From NCBI GenBank assembly GCA_964636285.1, contig CAZWQF010000003.1:69226-133225 (forward strand): 64,000 nucleotides of DNA, read 5' to 3'. Under the pieces are notes generated by a model. It searched no databases, was not told the DNA's origin, and was given only the letters and a program-made list of their open reading frames with translations. The position numbers and the translations under genes were made by a program. The stretch's first letter is position 1. Every line of letters starts with the position of its first letter. Positions 18,561 to 27,101 of the stretch are shown here, in pieces. Origin of the DNA: an uncultured Candidatus Saccharibacteria bacterium (GTDB lineage: Bacteria; Patescibacteriota; WWE3; UBA101185; 2-01-FULL-41-18).

Positions 18561-21157
18561 AAAAGCTTATAATTTCATGCACAACTATAATTTTACTGCT
18601 TCTGACACTGATGGGCACGAGGGAGACTTTTGCTGCATACTGCACCAACGGAAACTTTAGTAGCTGCACTATGCCAGAGAATAATCCATGCACTTGCTGC
18701 GGTCCCAATTCTTCTTGCGGAGGGGGCTGGGCTTGTGAGAGCGGTACAAGTCAGAAATTTAACACATACGACGGATATACGGTCTGCCACTGCAGTTGCG
18801 GAAGTAGCGGAGGTCCTCAAATTACTGAAAATCCAAAGGGGTATCTTGATGGGGTAAACTGCTCTACGGGCAAAGCATATGGGTGGTCTTGCGACGCCAG
18901 TAATTATGATCACACGGTGCAAGTTGATATGTGGATAAATGGCTGGGCTCAGTATGTGGGGTTTGCAAGGGCAAATGTACCTGCAGAGACTGCTGTGGCA
19001 GACGCATGTGGAGGCAGGCCAAATAAAAGGTTTGAATTTATTCTTCCAACGTCTTTATATAATGGAGTGTTAACAGATCTACATGCTTGGGGAATTAACA
19101 CTGGAACTGGCTCAAATACCCAACTTGGGACAAGCCCTAGAGCTTTCATCTGCTCCGCCCCATTTCCAAACTGCAGAGACCTAACTGGACCGGAAATATC
19201 TGGGGGAATCTCAAAGGTAGTAATAGGAGCTCCTGCTAATTTCTCTGCTAACTACTTGAATAACAATGGAGTAGTAACAAGCCGAAATCTAACGGTTGTT
19301 AATAATACAGCAGCCTGTAGCAACATAACTGCTCCAATTATAAGCCCTGGAGGAGCTGGAAATGTTAATTTTAGCTGGACTGCACCAACAGCGGGACTGT
19401 TTACAGCCTATTGTAGTGCAAATAATGGAGGGACAGATTGCCGGGGGGCATGCGTAGGGGGACCTCCAAATAGTTTCCAATGCCCTGGAAGCAATGGAGC
19501 AGGGGCAACTACAACGCTTCAGGTATGCACCAAACCAAGGCATGTCCAGCTCATGTCAATAACTCCAAACAATGACTGCAATACAGGCAACGGATCTACC
19601 ACAATCAACTTTAGGTATAATATTCAGGATAACTATGGAGGACAATTAAGATTTGCTTTTTATATAAACAAGAATCCTGCAACTACACCGGTAGAATGGA
19701 CAGCTGCTTCGTGCGGCAATGGCTCAATGACTACTTTCCCTGGAGGGGATATCTGTGGACAGCTAATTGTTCCGGGCACGAATGGACTCACTTGTGATGC
19801 TGGGGGCAATTGTAGCTTGAGTTTTGCTTCCACTGTAGGCTCAGAATACGATGTCACGGTATCAGCTTGGAGCCCAACATGCTACTGGGCAAGCACAACA
19901 GGTGCAACAACTCAGAGGATCAATACTGGAACCTGTTCAAAAAACGTGACAGTCAACTTAAATCCAAATGATAACTGTAATTCAACTTCTGCAACAAACA
20001 TAAACCACAGTGGGTATGTTCAAAACACTAACCTCGGCCTACCTCAAGTTAATTTTAATGTGGTAAATGGCAGCGCCTTAGTTGCAGTACCATATGTCCC
20101 TTTGCCAACAGTCACTCTCTCAGATTTCTGCTTAAACGGAATGCCAGGAGCTACGCCTGGGTATAACTGGAGACTAGCATGTGCACGTGGAGGGTCAGCA
20201 ACAGACTATGCTGTGTCTGGATCCTGTGCAAGAAATGTGAATGTCAATGCGGAGTCATCAATAACTTATGGATTCAGAAGAATACCAATAAGCGGCTGGT
20301 TCCAATCACTTAACGGCGATGTATTCTCTGGCGCAGGGATTTCAAGGTATCTTCCATCAGTATCTGGCACATATGACACAAACCCATTTCTGATTGACGG
20401 AGTTAATCCTGCGGGTTCTGGTACTTCTGCGAGCGGGATCCTGATAGCAAGAAATAACATAGATATTAGAAACGAAGCTAGCACCATTGTAATATCAGGT
20501 TCAGGAGGATCGGCATCAGGACCAATCAATGTGAGAAGGTCAGCGCACGGTGCAGGAACATTTGCTTTTCCAGCAATTAACTTTGATGGGCCACAATCGG
20601 CTAATCAAGTATCGGGTGCAGCATGTAACACCTTTATGAGTACAGCTTTAATAGATAGGGTTTACAGGATGGATGCAGGGTGCCTAAATAGTGCTACTGC
20701 AGTAGCAACAACCTATAACTTTGCTGGAGGTACGGGTACTGTTGTTGTGTATGTAGATGGAGATATCAACATCAATAGAAGGCTTCAAAATGCTCCGGCA
20801 TCAAGTGACAGGCTAATCTTACTGGTGGACGGCAATGTAACAATAAATGAATCTATAGCAAATGTTGGACTAACACAGTCTAACCCTGGGGACATAGACG
20901 CCACAATTATTGCAAGAAACAACATTACCTTTAGATCAAACGGATCTCAAACTGACGAACCAATTAAGATAGACGGTTCAGTTATCAGCGGAGGAAGTAT
21001 CAGCTTTAGTAGAAATAGAGCAAACAGTGCAGACGGAAACACACTCCCAACCCAAGTGATCAACTACACCCAAGAGGATATACAAAACCTGAACAGGATT
21101 CAGTATTCTGTTGATACAGGCCTTTATACATCCGAGGTTACATGGGAGGTTAAATAG
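18557..21157 (+). CDS. Large secreted Cys-rich protein, putative pilus-tip adhesin (cassette 1 gene B)
   Basis: Signal peptide; Cys-rich N-terminus; PKGYLD..GWSCD Ig-like module; C-terminal beta-solenoid-like region ending VTWEVK. Confidence 0.7.
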   Translation: MKKLIISCTTIILLLLTLMGTRETFAAYCTNGNFSSCTMPENNPCTCCGPNSSCGGGWACESGTSQKFNTYDGYTVCHCSCGSSGGPQITENPKGYLDGVNCSTGKAYGWSCDASNYDHTVQVDMWINGWAQYVGFARANVPAETAVADACGGRPNKRFEFILPTSLYNGVLTDLHAWGINTGTGSNTQLGTSPRAFICSAPFPNCRDLTGPEISGGISKVVIGAPANFSANYLNNNGVVTSRNLTVVNNTAACSNITAPIISPGGAGNVNFSWTAPTAGLFTAYCSANNGGTDCRGACVGGPPNSFQCPGSNGAGATTTLQVCTKPRHVQLMSITPNNDCNTGNGSTTINFRYNIQDNYGGQLRFAFYINKNPATTPVEWTAASCGNGSMTTFPGGDICGQLIVPGTNGLTCDAGGNCSLSFASTVGSEYDVTVSAWSPTCYWASTTGATTQRINTGTCSKNVTVNLNPNDNCNSTSATNINHSGYVQNTNLGLPQVNFNVVNGSALVAVPYVPLPTVTLSDFCLNGMPGATPGYNWRLACARGGSATDYAVSGSCARNVNVNAESSITYGFRRIPISGWFQSLNGDVFSGAGISRYLPSVSGTYDTNPFLIDGVNPAGSGTSASGILIARNNIDIRNEASTIVISGSGGSASGPINVRRSAHGAGTFAFPAINFDGPQSANQVSGAACNTFMSTALIDRVYRMDAGCLNSATAVATTYNFAGGTGTVVVYVDGDININRRLQNAPASSDRLILLVDGNVTINESIANVGLTQSNPGDIDATIIARNNITFRSNGSQTDEPIKIDGSVISGGSISFSRNRANSADGNTLPTQVINYTQEDIQNLNRIQYSVDTGLYTSEVTWEVK

Positions 21158-21160
21158 AGT

Positions 21161-22048
21161 ATGAGTCTTCTTAAAAAAATAACAGCCAACCAAAAAGGTC
21201 AAACTTTGGTATTTGTACTTCTAGTGATGACCGCAGCCCTTGCGGTTGGCATAGCGATATCCTCAAGAACAATATCCACTATCAGGAGAACTACAAATAT
21301 TGACACAGCATCAAGAGCTTTAGCCGCTGCGGAGGCTGCTGTAGAGTACCATCTTGCCAGAACTGCGTCAGAGCTAGACTCCCTAGCAGGTTACCCTCCA
21401 TCGGGTAACTCACCAAGTAATGTAACTCAATGCACTCAGGTAAGTAGCACTCCAATAAGATATCCAGGCACAGGAACTTTGGATAGTGATCTACAGACGT
21501 ATGCAGAAGTAATTGTTACTAGGATTGGTTGCATGTCTAATAACCAATCTTATGATGTAGAAGTAAGCCCGGATAAGGTCCTAGAACTCAGGCTTGATAA
21601 TGGAACCGATGGGGTAGCCTCTTTTGATATAACTGCTAGAAACCCAACTGCTCTAGGACTGCATATAATAGAGCTTTATCAACAGGGCACCCAGGTACAA
21701 TGGAGAAAAAGATCAGTGAATCTTGGAAGCTCAAACGCAATCAGCTCAGATACTAATATCACTACAGGGGCTAGCACTATAAATTATCAGACTGCAAATC
21801 CTGGTGGAAGCGTACGACCTCTTCTTGTTAGAATCCTGCCAATTAAATCAGCTCCAGGTAAAACATCCTTAACAATTAGAAATGTGTCTTCATACGCATT
21901 ACCATACCAAGGACATAAAATAACTGCCGTTGGGATAGTTGGCGGAAGCCAAAACTCAGTGAACAGAACTATAGTTGCTGCAAAATCTATCCCAGCACTT
22001 CCTGCAATCTTCAATTTTGGTGTATACGGAGAAAGTGGAATTAACTAG
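21161..22048 (+). CDS. PilX/GspK-like minor pilin (cassette 1 gene C)
   Basis: QKG|QTLVFVLL class III signal without Glu5; RALAAAEAAVE. Confidence 0.8.
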   Translation: MSLLKKITANQKGQTLVFVLLVMTAALAVGIAISSRTISTIRRTTNIDTASRALAAAEAAVEYHLARTASELDSLAGYPPSGNSPSNVTQCTQVSSTPIRYPGTGTLDSDLQTYAEVIVTRIGCMSNNQSYDVEVSPDKVLELRLDNGTDGVASFDITARNPTALGLHIIELYQQGTQVQWRKRSVNLGSSNAISSDTNITTGASTINYQTANPGGSVRPLLVRILPIKSAPGKTSLTIRNVSSYALPYQGHKITAVGIVGGSQNSVNRTIVAAKSIPALPAIFNFGVYGESGIN

Positions 22049-22079
22049 ATAAACCTACCAAATATTCTTCAGAATGTTA

Positions 22080-22107
22080 TTGATTCACTAATCGGTCATT
22101 GTATACT
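22080..22107 (+). promoter_or_regulatory. Sigma70-like promoter of cassette 2 (probably leaderless)
   Basis: TTGATT-16-TATACT, 7 nt before ATG 22115. Confidence 0.55.
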
Positions 22108-22114
22108 TGACTTA

Positions 22115-22825
22115 ATGCCTAAAAGAGTACTCATTATCATTGTTGCCGTCCTAATATTTTTTATTGCGGGAATTTTTATATCAAAAAAGAATATAATCAA
22201 ATCAGTTCAGAGCAATATAAACAACGCAAAGGAACCATTATATGTTGAGACTTTAAAATCCCTGGTTGTTTCAGAACTAGCAAAAGAAAAAATGCAAGAA
22301 GGAGAGTGCGAAATCTCCGGCATTACAGGACAAGGTCATGCTTATGAGAATAACGTGGAAATTGAGCATAACGGTAGAAGATTAATAGTTTCCCAGAATA
22401 TATGTCTAGATAGAGTAGCACCACCCCAAACTACGAGTAGTGCTACCAGATTTGAAGGCGCTTCATACATACTAAACCAGATAAGTTGCCCAAATATTGA
22501 TAGTTATATAACATGCGCCAGGTTTGTTCAGGCCAAATTCGATTCCAAAAATGATAGGCTGATAAGCATGACTGAAAATAAGGGTAAACCCATCTATATC
22601 CTTCTTGAGAATAATGAGGTCACTATTAAAACTTTTGAGAATGCAAGATTAATCAGCTCGCAAAAAAGCAGACTTGAGGACCTAAAATTTGATCGAAGCA
22701 AAGAATATGGAATATTGTATGGCGACATTGCCTACCTATCAGATTTTAACTACAATAAAGAAAAGTTACCTATGGGGTGGATTCTATACTCAACCTTTAT
22801 AAAAGAATTTTATGTCATTAAATAG
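22115..22825 (+). CDS. Membrane-anchored 4-Cys hypothetical protein (cassette 2 gene A)
   Basis: N-terminal TM; same four-Cys spacing and SSA(x)(K/R)FE as 17826..18560. Confidence 0.75.
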   Translation: MPKRVLIIIVAVLIFFIAGIFISKKNIIKSVQSNINNAKEPLYVETLKSLVVSELAKEKMQEGECEISGITGQGHAYENNVEIEHNGRRLIVSQNICLDRVAPPQTTSSATRFEGASYILNQISCPNIDSYITCARFVQAKFDSKNDRLISMTENKGKPIYILLENNEVTIKTFENARLISSQKSRLEDLKFDRSKEYGILYGDIAYLSDFNYNKEKLPMGWILYSTFIKEFYVIK

Positions 22826-25589
22826 ATTCCTAACATTATTACTATCTTTTTTTGTCTTACTATCTGGGCTAATAGTGCTTGCTAGACAGACCCATGCTAG
22901 TTGCTGCAGCAGTTGCTCAAATGGTAGTTGTACATCCAGAAGAGACACCGGAGTATGTGATGTGAATTTTGGCGCATGCAATAACTGCAATGCAGGTGGA
23001 GGAGTAAGTGCCTGTGCAGGAACCTGGAGTTCTACAAGCACAACTTGCGATGGGTTAGGTATGTGTCAATGGAACCAAAACGACGGGTGTTCTTGCCCAC
23101 CTGGGGGCGGCGGTGGGCCAAACAATAGCCCAAAAGGACACCACGACGGATCTACTTGTAACATATCAAACGGATGGTCGTGCGATGCAGATAACTATGC
23201 AGAAACGGTGAATGTCAAAATTTTTGTGGATGGCATTCATGTTGCAACTGTTCCTGCAAATGAACCGCCAAACAGCCCTTTAGATAGAACAGGTATTGAA
23301 GCCGAGTGCGGAGGGCAAGCAAATAAAAGATGGAGCTGGATAATGCCCGAATCGTTTAAAAATGGGCTTCCAAGAAATATAAGAGCCCAAGCCATTAATG
23401 TTGGATCCTCAGGCTCAGATAGAGACTTAACTAATACCCCTAAGAGCGTAACATGCGTCCCTGCCTTGATCCCTAACTGTAGAAATGTGTCGGGTCCAAA
23501 TATGACTAGTAGTTACGCAAGAACCACCCCAGGCATCTCCAGCAACTTCTCAGCTGAATACTTAAACTTTAACGGACCCGTTACATATAGAGGGATGTCT
23601 TTTGTAAATAATACTTCTCAATGCACTCTTCAAGGCGGTTCGCCCTTCACAAGCATAGGTGGCCAAGGAAATGTAACCTTTGGATGGGCAGCCCCAACAG
23701 CAGGATATTACACAGCATATTGTCAAGCATGGAACAACAACCCCGACCCAGATGTTGAATGTAGGGGTGCTTGCGTTAATGGGCTTCCAAATAGATATCA
23801 ATGCCCTGGAACTAATGGGCTTGGCGCCACTACTACGCTAAACATCTGTACACTACCAAAACCAGCAACTAACGTTGGTGCAACAGTTGCCCTTCAGCCT
23901 GGTTGCTCCACAAACTCAGCACCTCCAGGAAATGGACAGGCAGTTCTTAACTTTAAGTATGATCCAAATGATTACTCTTATCTGGGAAGCCCTGTATACC
24001 TTAACTTTTACATTAATGAGTTAACTGAAACCCCAACACTCAACTGCGCAGCCGCTGTTTTTCCAGATATTTGCCAAGAGGGACTTACGCCAGGATCTCC
24101 TGGATTAACATGTGATTCGAACGGGAATTGTAGCTACAGATTTAGCGTAATACCAGGAGGAAGGTATAGCGCAGTGATAAGTCAAAGAAGTACCTGTGGG
24201 TGGATGGAGCCAAGCTTAGCTTCCACAGTCACTTTCTCAGTTAATCAATGCCAAAGACCTGTAACAGTAAAAGTTGGGGAAACTTCTGATAGTAGCTGCA
24301 GTGCTTCAAACATAGATTCAACAGGATTTTCTGGCACAACAGTAAGTACAACTGTTTGGGGCGAAAATTTAGCAGGAATAAAGCTATATGATCCATACCC
24401 AACAGGCAAGGGTCTAAACCTGCTTGCAAGTCCTTCGAGCGGGGCTGTGAATGCGTTAGGTAATTTTATTACCAATGTTCAGTATTATGCCGGACCCACT
24501 TTTACAGGAGGTGGGTATACAACCTTTGCAAACTTCTGCGTTGACAATCTTCCAACAAGTTCGGCATATAGATACAGACTTAAATGCACAAGCAATTCTG
24601 TCTCATCAGGTAACTGCGCTTACAGAGTTACCGAATATCCGGTTGCCACACCAAATGTGAACATTGGTTTTGAAAGAATACCAGCGTCTGGTTGGTACCA
24701 AACTAACTATGGGGACGTATATAGTGGATCCGCAATAGATAAGAGTCTTCCTAACTCGATCACAGATGGTTCAATAGACTCTGACGGAATCCCTAATTTA
24801 GTTGATGGAGCAATAAACCTACCTAACAGCTCCAATGGATTAGTAGTTTCAGCAAATACAATTAATGTTAGGTCCTTTCAAGGAGCATCAAGAATATCAT
24901 CCGGATCCGCAGGCTATCAAAATTTAAAACTAAGTAATTTTGGTAAAGTGACTATTCCAGCGAGCATCACTTACTCACCACCCACAGGTGCAACCGCAAT
25001 ACAGGGTGGGGCATGCTCAAGCTTTTTAAATAATATAAACCCGACTAACAGGGTGTACAGCATGGATGCAAACTGCTTTAATCTGGCAGCGCAAGATGGT
25101 TCGGGTATAAAAAGGTATAGATTTACAGGAAACCCCTTGGGCATATCAGTTGTTTACGTGCAAGGATCAATAACTTTAAACAACAACCTACAGAATGCTA
25201 TAGGGAGTAATCAAAGGCTTGTCTTGGTAGTAAACGGAAGTATTACAATAGGAAACCAGGTCGGCTCTGGAAATCAAAGGCAACTTGTTGATGAAGGTGC
25301 TGTGGATGCCATTCTCTTTGCTAAGGAAGATCTTACTGTAAAACAAAGGGAAGGGGCAGAGCTTAACAACGATCTGCATATTGAGTTTAACGGATCAGTG
25401 ATTAGCAACGGAAATATACTATTACCAAGGAGTAGATCTGCATCACCAACGGACCCGAATATTGCCCCTGTAGAAGTTTTTGAGTACATGCCGCAAGATA
25501 TTGTGAGGCTTAACTTGCTTGAATATAGCCTAAATGGAAGCGATTCAACGGGACTCTACATAAGCGATATCAAGTGGGAGGTAAAATAA
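22812..25589 (+). CDS. Large secreted Cys-rich protein, putative pilus-tip adhesin (cassette 2 gene B)
   Basis: Paralog of 18557..21157 (GWSCDA, CRGACV..P..QCPG.NG.GATTTL, GW.Q...GDV.SG); ends IKWEVK. Confidence 0.7.
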   Translation: MSLNRFLTLLLSFFVLLSGLIVLARQTHASCCSSCSNGSCTSRRDTGVCDVNFGACNNCNAGGGVSACAGTWSSTSTTCDGLGMCQWNQNDGCSCPPGGGGGPNNSPKGHHDGSTCNISNGWSCDADNYAETVNVKIFVDGIHVATVPANEPPNSPLDRTGIEAECGGQANKRWSWIMPESFKNGLPRNIRAQAINVGSSGSDRDLTNTPKSVTCVPALIPNCRNVSGPNMTSSYARTTPGISSNFSAEYLNFNGPVTYRGMSFVNNTSQCTLQGGSPFTSIGGQGNVTFGWAAPTAGYYTAYCQAWNNNPDPDVECRGACVNGLPNRYQCPGTNGLGATTTLNICTLPKPATNVGATVALQPGCSTNSAPPGNGQAVLNFKYDPNDYSYLGSPVYLNFYINELTETPTLNCAAAVFPDICQEGLTPGSPGLTCDSNGNCSYRFSVIPGGRYSAVISQRSTCGWMEPSLASTVTFSVNQCQRPVTVKVGETSDSSCSASNIDSTGFSGTTVSTTVWGENLAGIKLYDPYPTGKGLNLLASPSSGAVNALGNFITNVQYYAGPTFTGGGYTTFANFCVDNLPTSSAYRYRLKCTSNSVSSGNCAYRVTEYPVATPNVNIGFERIPASGWYQTNYGDVYSGSAIDKSLPNSITDGSIDSDGIPNLVDGAINLPNSSNGLVVSANTINVRSFQGASRISSGSAGYQNLKLSNFGKVTIPASITYSPPTGATAIQGGACSSFLNNINPTNRVYSMDANCFNLAAQDGSGIKRYRFTGNPLGISVVYVQGSITLNNNLQNAIGSNQRLVLVVNGSITIGNQVGSGNQRQLVDEGAVDAILFAKEDLTVKQREGAELNNDLHIEFNGSVISNGNILLPRSRSASPTDPNIAPVEVFEYMPQDIVRLNLLEYSLNGSDSTGLYISDIKWEVK

Positions 25590-25590
25590 C

Positions 25591-26454
25591 ATGAGACAAA
25601 AAAACACTTTAAATCAAAAGGGCCAAACATTAGTCTTTATCCTCCTAATAATGACTGTAGCTCTAGCTATTGGAGTAGCGATATCAAGCAGAACAATCTC
25701 AACTATAAGAAGAACTACCAATATAGACACATCATCAAGAGCTCTAGCAGCGGCTGAAGCTGCAATTGAGTATTACCTTGCTAAACCAACAATTCTTCTA
25801 GATCAGGCTTCCGGTTTTACTGGACCAAATGATCGGCCAACAGAATGCAGTCTAGCAACACCGCCGGTTCCTAAAGTGTACCCAGATTCAGGAAATAGCA
25901 TTGGAAATGACATAAACACATCTGCAGAAATTGTGATTAAAAGAATTGGTTGTGTATCAGGCAGTCAAACCCATTCCTTTGATGTTGACGAAGGTAAAGT
26001 TTTTGAGCTAAGGCTAGATAAAACTCAAAACAACCGAGCAAACCTTAGATTTGACCTTGGGTCTACTAGGGCAGCTCTTTACATAATAGAGCTTTATGAT
26101 AGCACCGGGCTAGATGCTGTTGCTATGAGAAAAACTGGATATCTATTCAACTCGTTCTCGAGTTCAGAACTGAATGGATTCACAAACGCGTCAGGAGGGT
26201 CTTACCTAGACTATCAGACAAACACAAGACCTTATCTATTAAGAATCATCCCAATAGGTTCAAAAATCAGGATGACCTACTCAAGAACGGGCGGCTCGTT
26301 TAATATCCCATATCAAGCTCATGAGATCACAGCTACAGGAAAAATAGGAGGTTCCCAAAACTCAGTAACCCGTACCGTAGTAGCTACCAAAACCCTCCCT
26401 CACTTGCCTGCGGCTTTCAATTTTGCCCTGTTTTCAAAAACAGGAATAAACTAG
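25591..26454 (+). CDS. PilX/GspK-like minor pilin (cassette 2 gene C)
   Basis: QKG|QTLVFILL; N-terminus nearly identical to 21161..22048. Confidence 0.8.
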   Translation: MRQKNTLNQKGQTLVFILLIMTVALAIGVAISSRTISTIRRTTNIDTSSRALAAAEAAIEYYLAKPTILLDQASGFTGPNDRPTECSLATPPVPKVYPDSGNSIGNDINTSAEIVIKRIGCVSGSQTHSFDVDEGKVFELRLDKTQNNRANLRFDLGSTRAALYIIELYDSTGLDAVAMRKTGYLFNSFSSSELNGFTNASGGSYLDYQTNTRPYLLRIIPIGSKIRMTYSRTGGSFNIPYQAHEITATGKIGGSQNSVTRTVVATKTLPHLPAAFNFALFSKTGIN

Positions 26455-26506
26455 CCAACTCGGCTAGACAAAGGGTCAGTTATCTGGTAACCTACCAAAG
26501 GAAAAT

Positions 26507-26794
26507 ATGTCAGTAGCAATAAGACTATCAAAAGTAGGAAAAAAGAACCAACACTCATTTAGAGTTGTTGTTGTTCCAAAGAGATCTAAAAGAGATGGCG
26601 AAAATCTTGCCGTTCTTGGTTTTTTTGATCCCTCACATAACCCAGCTAGATTTGAGGTTGACAAAGCTAAACTTGAAAAATGGGTTAAAAGCGGTGCTTT
26701 GGTGTCACCAGCAGTAACTGAACTACTTGCAGGAAATTATAAATTCAAAAAATATGACCCTAAAGCAGAGAAAGCTGCTAAGGAACAAGCCTAA
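26507..26794 (+). CDS. rpsP: 30S ribosomal protein S16
   Basis: VAIRLSKVGKKNQ..FRVVV...RDG....LGFFDP. Confidence 0.95.
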   Translation: MSVAIRLSKVGKKNQHSFRVVVVPKRSKRDGENLAVLGFFDPSHNPARFEVDKAKLEKWVKSGALVSPAVTELLAGNYKFKKYDPKAEKAAKEQA

Positions 26795-27036
26795 TGAAAG
26801 ACTTTTTAGAATATCTTGCCAAATCAATAGTTAAATTTCCAGAAGATGTAAAAGTTGAACACTCTACAGATACTGCTGGGCAGGACATACTGATTCTCTC
26901 AGTTCATAAAGATGATATGGCTTTAGTTATAGGAAAAGAGGGCAAAACAATCAAAAGCCTTAGAACTCTAGTCAAGGCAAAAGCTGCAAAGGAAGACAGA
27001 AGAGTAAATGTAGAACTTTCAGAACCAGCTCAATAG
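26794..27036 (+). CDS. khpA: KH-domain RNA-binding protein KhpA
   Basis: VIGKEGKTIKSLR (GxxG loop); follows rpsP. Confidence 0.9.
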   Translation: MKDFLEYLAKSIVKFPEDVKVEHSTDTAGQDILILSVHKDDMALVIGKEGKTIKSLRTLVKAKAAKEDRRVNVELSEPAQ

Positions 27037-27101
27037 ATATTTGGCAACTAACCCTACAATTCTCATTCAAAGTTCATTATAATTAATTCACTAAGCGGAC
27101 T

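Noticed and set aside
17826-26454. Diversity-generating retroelement or recent duplication behind the paralogous cassettes
   Set aside because: No reverse transcriptase and no near-identical TR/VR pair differing at adenines. The copies differ widely at synonymous sites, indicating old paralogy.
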